Below are positions 60,424 to 64,000 of a stretch of 64,000 nt of DNA, in pieces. The translations under genes and the position numbers were made by a program. The DNA is from Candidatus Magasanikiibacteriota bacterium (GTDB taxonomy: Bacteria; Patescibacteriota; Patescibacteriia; Magasanikbacterales; GWA2-37-8): positions 3,179-67,178 of the forward strand of contig CALRIA010000003.1 of assembly GCA_943359595.1 (NCBI GenBank), written 5' to 3'. The notes under the pieces were generated by a model. That model ran no database searches, had not been told where the DNA came from, and saw nothing but the letters and a program-made list of their open reading frames with translations. Numbering within the stretch: the first letter of the stretch is position 1; the number at the start of each line of letters is the position of its first letter.

Positions 60424-60864
60424 ATGAAAAATATAAACAAAAAAGGCTTTACACTTTTGGAAATTTTATTGGTTGTTGCAGCTATCGCCATCTTAGCCGG
60501 CATAGTAATCGTTGCTATTAACCCTGGCAAACAATTGGCCGATACTCGTAACGCCCAAAGACAAGTTAATGTGAATACAATTTTAAACGGCGTCTACCAA
60601 TATTCTATTGATAATAAAGGCGTGCTGCCCGTTGGCATCACCCAAACTCCTACTGAAATCTGTAAGACTGGTGGCAATTGTCTTAATTTAATAGACCTGT
60701 CAGTTCTAACTACTAATGAAACATATCTAACCGCCATTCCAACTGATCCAACCGGCGTAAGTGCCAACGGCACTGGTTATAAAATTCAACAAAGTGTCAA
60801 CGGTCGCATTACCATCTCTGCACCTTCAGCCGAACAAGGGAAAACCATCAGTGTTACCAGATAA
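60424..60864 (+). CDS. Type IV pilin (probable major pilin)
   Basis: KKG-FTLLEILLVVAAIAILAGIVIVAINP; IPTDP; preceded by a TG-ATATAAT promoter-like element. Confidence 0.88.
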   Translation: MKNINKKGFTLLEILLVVAAIAILAGIVIVAINPGKQLADTRNAQRQVNVNTILNGVYQYSIDNKGVLPVGITQTPTEICKTGGNCLNLIDLSVLTTNETYLTAIPTDPTGVSANGTGYKIQQSVNGRITISAPSAEQGKTISVTR

Positions 60865-60878
60865 TTATTTATAAAAAA

Positions 60879-62528
60879 ATGGGCAAAAACAACTCTGGCT
60901 TTACCCTCCTAGAAATATTATTGGTAGTCGCTGCTATCGCAATTTTAGCAGGTATTGTTATTGTTGCCATTAATCCTGGTAAACAACTAGGAGCGACTAG
61001 AAATGCAGCCAGACAGTCGGATGTTAGCTCTATTCTTAATGCGGTATACCAATATTCTTTGGATAATAGCGGGTTATTTCCTCCAAACATAGATACAAAT
61101 TTAAGAATGCTCGGTACCAATGTTTCTGGTTGTGGAGTAATTTGTGGTCCAGTGGCTAATAGTAACACCAGCAGCCAATCAGTGCCAGTAAATTTTGCCG
61201 ACATTAATCAAACTACATTTGCTGGTACTTATACCAATAGCACATATAATACCAATAATAGTCTGATAAACCTTTCCTCTAACCAGATAACTGGTACTTA
61301 TACTTCAGATGTGAAAGATTCAGCCGGTGATACTACTTGGGCTACATTAGCTTGGGTGCCAAATCGTCCGACCGGGAAACCTTTACCAAATAATGCTCAA
61401 TCTGAAACCGCCTATCCAACCGGTAATGCCAATATGACTGGGGATGTATTGCTCATGCATTTAGATGAAAGCTCTGGCGCTACAAGTTTTGCTGATAATT
61501 CCGGTAGTAATAATAACGGAAGTTGTGCAAACCCAAACTGTCCTACTATGGCGACAGGCAAACTCGGTAATGCGCCAACTTTTTCTGCAGGAACCAATCC
61601 GATTTCCATACCTCATAGTGCCAGTTTAAATTTAACTAATCAATTTACTTTAGGCGCGTGGTTTTATCAAATTGCCACTTCAAGCTGGACAAGCTACGGT
61701 CACTTAATTGGTAAAGGTGTTGGTTTTAGTCCTCCTTCTGGATCTTTCTCCATCAGTGGAAATAGTTATTGGCGAGTATTCCTAGTTGACCCAGTCAAAA
61801 ATTCTTATCAGTACCAAGATGGTACTTGGATTGGATACAACTCTTGGCAACATATGGTTTTTACTTTTGATAATGGTACTGGAAAAATTTATTTAAATGG
61901 TTCTTTGCTTTCAACAAAAATCTTCTCATTCACATCTATTAGAACAAATAATCTTCCAGTACAAATCGGCTATGGACAATACAATGGTTTGGTTGATGAA
62001 GTTATTATTTTTAATCGCCCAATATCAGCTACTGAAGTAGCTGATATTTACAAACGTGGTGCTCTAAGTCTCAAACACCAAGTACGGTCTTGTGTTAATG
62101 CCAGCTGTTCCGATGGAACTTTTGTCGGACCAGATGGTACTGCCAAAAGTTATTATTCCGAAGCTAATAATAATTTAATTTCTACACCGTCGATATCTTT
62201 GACTAACATATCTAGCAATCGTTATTTTCAATATAAATCTTTTTTGGATAGCCCTGGTTCATCTATAACTCCTGAATTAAAAAGCGTAGCAATTGGTGGT
62301 ACACAATCGGTAATACAGGGTGGTGGAAATACTCCATCTTCAACGATAGCAGGTTGTCTGGACCTGTCTCCAACTCTTTCACCAACATACATTACCTCTA
62401 TTCCATTTGATCCTAAAACCGGCAGTAATAATCAAACCTATTATGCCATACAGAAAACATCTAATGGCAGAGTAAACGTACAGGCCTGCTCAGCAGAAAA
62501 CAACGAAGTTATTAATGTGACAAGATAA
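60879..62528 (+). CDS. Pilin paralogue with an inserted LamG/concanavalin-like domain
   Basis: N- and C-termini are homologous to the adjacent pilin. Central H.DESSG...FT..AWF...WQHMVFTF....IYLNG...G.VDEV.IFNR LamG motif. Confidence 0.85.
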   Translation: MGKNNSGFTLLEILLVVAAIAILAGIVIVAINPGKQLGATRNAARQSDVSSILNAVYQYSLDNSGLFPPNIDTNLRMLGTNVSGCGVICGPVANSNTSSQSVPVNFADINQTTFAGTYTNSTYNTNNSLINLSSNQITGTYTSDVKDSAGDTTWATLAWVPNRPTGKPLPNNAQSETAYPTGNANMTGDVLLMHLDESSGATSFADNSGSNNNGSCANPNCPTMATGKLGNAPTFSAGTNPISIPHSASLNLTNQFTLGAWFYQIATSSWTSYGHLIGKGVGFSPPSGSFSISGNSYWRVFLVDPVKNSYQYQDGTWIGYNSWQHMVFTFDNGTGKIYLNGSLLSTKIFSFTSIRTNNLPVQIGYGQYNGLVDEVIIFNRPISATEVADIYKRGALSLKHQVRSCVNASCSDGTFVGPDGTAKSYYSEANNNLISTPSISLTNISSNRYFQYKSFLDSPGSSITPELKSVAIGGTQSVIQGGGNTPSSTIAGCLDLSPTLSPTYITSIPFDPKTGSNNQTYYAIQKTSNGRVNVQACSAENNEVINVTR

Positions 62529-62532
62529 ATTT

Positions 62533-63759
62533 ATGCAATTAAATAACTACGTTATTATTATGTTGGCTGAAAGTTTACTCGTATTGATTTTATTATTTTT
62601 ATATTTACGATTATCTGCAAATTCAAATCTAATTTTGAATGAATTCAAAAAAACAAAAATTAAAATTGAAAAAGATAAGGCCAAAGAAGAAGCGATGCTT
62701 TCAAGTATAGGTGACGGTGTAGTAGCCACTGATAAAAATGGAATCATAATTTTCTTTAATCAGGCAGCTAGAGATATGCTATCTTGGGAAAATAATATGA
62801 TGGGGAAAAAATTAGGAGAAATATCGTTATTAGCTAATGAAAAAGGTGTTCATGTTCCATTAGAAAAACACCCTTTACATCTATCTTTAGTTAAACGAAA
62901 AAAAATAATCACTTCGGATTATCATTTTATTCGAAAAGACAATATAAACATGGCAGTTTATATTAGTGCCATGCCCATAATATTAAAAAATGAGATTGTC
63001 GGCGCCATCGAAGTATTTAGAAATATCACCCAAGAAAAAGAAATTGATAAAATAAAAAGTGAATTTGTATTTTTAGCTTCGCACCAGCTACGTACTCCGC
63101 TATCTACTATCAACTGGTACGTAGAGATGCTACTATCGGGCGATGCCGGACCAATTAACGATGACCAAAAAAAATATCTTCAAGAAGTTTATGCCGGAAA
63201 TCATCGTATGGTAGAAATGGTCAACGATTTGCTCAATGTTTCTCGTCTAGATTTAGGTACATTATCGGTTCAACTAGTGCCGGTTAATATAGTTGAATTA
63301 ATTACTGAATCAGAAAAAGAAGTGGCTGGTCTAATTGAAGATAAAAAATTAAATATAAATAAAAAAATCCCTTCTGATCTACCAGAAATAAATTCAGATA
63401 TCAAAATGATGCGCATGTTATTACAGAACTTAATTACCAACGCTATCAAATATACACCTCCTAATGGCAACATCAACATAGGCATAGAGCTACAAAATAA
63501 AAAAGAATATTTATTGACTATAGCTGACACTGGTTACGGCATACCAGTCGCAGCTCAAGATAAAATATTTACCAAACTTTTCCGCGCAGAAAACGTAATG
63601 GAAAAAGAAATTACTGGCACAGGTTTAGGATTATATATGGTGAAATCTATAGTTGAACAGTTAAATGGAAAAATTTGGTTCGAATCAAAAGAAAACATTG
63701 GCACCAAATTTTTTGTATCTTTTCCATTTAAACCAATAATAAAGAAAAAAGTAGTTTGA
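62533..63759 (+). CDS. PAS-domain sensor histidine kinase
   Basis: SIGDGVVATD PAS; ASHQLRTPL H-box; NLITNAIKY, DTGYGIP, GTGLGL. Confidence 0.95.
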   Translation: MQLNNYVIIMLAESLLVLILLFLYLRLSANSNLILNEFKKTKIKIEKDKAKEEAMLSSIGDGVVATDKNGIIIFFNQAARDMLSWENNMMGKKLGEISLLANEKGVHVPLEKHPLHLSLVKRKKIITSDYHFIRKDNINMAVYISAMPIILKNEIVGAIEVFRNITQEKEIDKIKSEFVFLASHQLRTPLSTINWYVEMLLSGDAGPINDDQKKYLQEVYAGNHRMVEMVNDLLNVSRLDLGTLSVQLVPVNIVELITESEKEVAGLIEDKKLNINKKIPSDLPEINSDIKMMRMLLQNLITNAIKYTPPNGNINIGIELQNKKEYLLTIADTGYGIPVAAQDKIFTKLFRAENVMEKEITGTGLGLYMVKSIVEQLNGKIWFESKENIGTKFFVSFPFKPIIKKKVV

Positions 63760-63760
63760 T

Positions 63761-64000
63761 ATGAAAAAACTATCAAAAAAAATCCTAATAATAGAAAACG
63801 AGTTAGCTACTAGACGAATTTTGGTAGATAAGTTAACACATGAAAAATTTTTGGTATCAGAAGCAAGTGACGGCAAAGATGGCTTAGATAAAGCCTTTAA
63901 TGAGCACCCTGATCTAATAACCCTTGACCTATTCATGCCAAAAATGAACGGTTTGGAAGTTTTAAAAAAGCTGCATGAAGATTCCTGGGGCAAGCAGGTT
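63761..64000 (+). CDS. Response regulator receiver protein, truncated by the window edge
   Basis: ATG 63761 translates as MKKLSKKILIIENE...HPDLITLDLFMPKMNG; absent from the ORF track because it has no stop in the window. Confidence 0.85.
   Translation, partial: MKKLSKKILIIENELATRRILVDKLTHEKFLVSEASDGKDGLDKAFNEHPDLITLDLFMPKMNGLEVLKKLHEDSWGKQV

Overview
AT-rich bacterial chromosome segment in the standard genetic code. Its gene content and style (mostly SD-less genes, two type IV pilus loci, giant Ser/Thr-rich surface proteins, tRNA-adjacent HTH/LAGLIDADG-like ORF) point to a Patescibacteria/CPR (Parcubacteria-like) genome; this assignment is an inference. Housekeeping content includes a Zn ABC transporter with Zur, efp-epmA, rpsF-ssb-rpsR, ychF, rmuC, ung, trpS, rlmH, tgt, a UvrD helicase and five tRNAs (Gly-TCC, Ala-GGC, Arg-CCT, Ser-CGA, Ser-TGA). 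The main discovery is a ~9.6 kb integrative element (34665-44270) inserted at the 3' end of tRNA-Ser(TGA). It carries a large serine recombinase whose own gene is split by the attachment site: rejoining the two GCGG cores restores an in-frame C-terminus (...LR-CVIDVIRTNVTTSP*). It also carries an HUH rolling-circle Rep, two pseudoknot-capable leader RNAs and a five-gene defence-like cargo (RloA/RloB, UDG-fold fusion, HEPN-like, Mrr-like). Decayed copies of the same recombinase tail, each with an embedded tRNA terminator, lie at the element's left border and next to tRNA-Ser(CGA), indicating repeated colonisation of Ser tRNAs. Other notable items are three identical parS-like palindromes, three GC-rich SD-led ORFan cassettes, a PilC-SH3 fusion and a pilin with an inserted LamG domain. 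All assignments come from motif reading by eye; no database searches were run.
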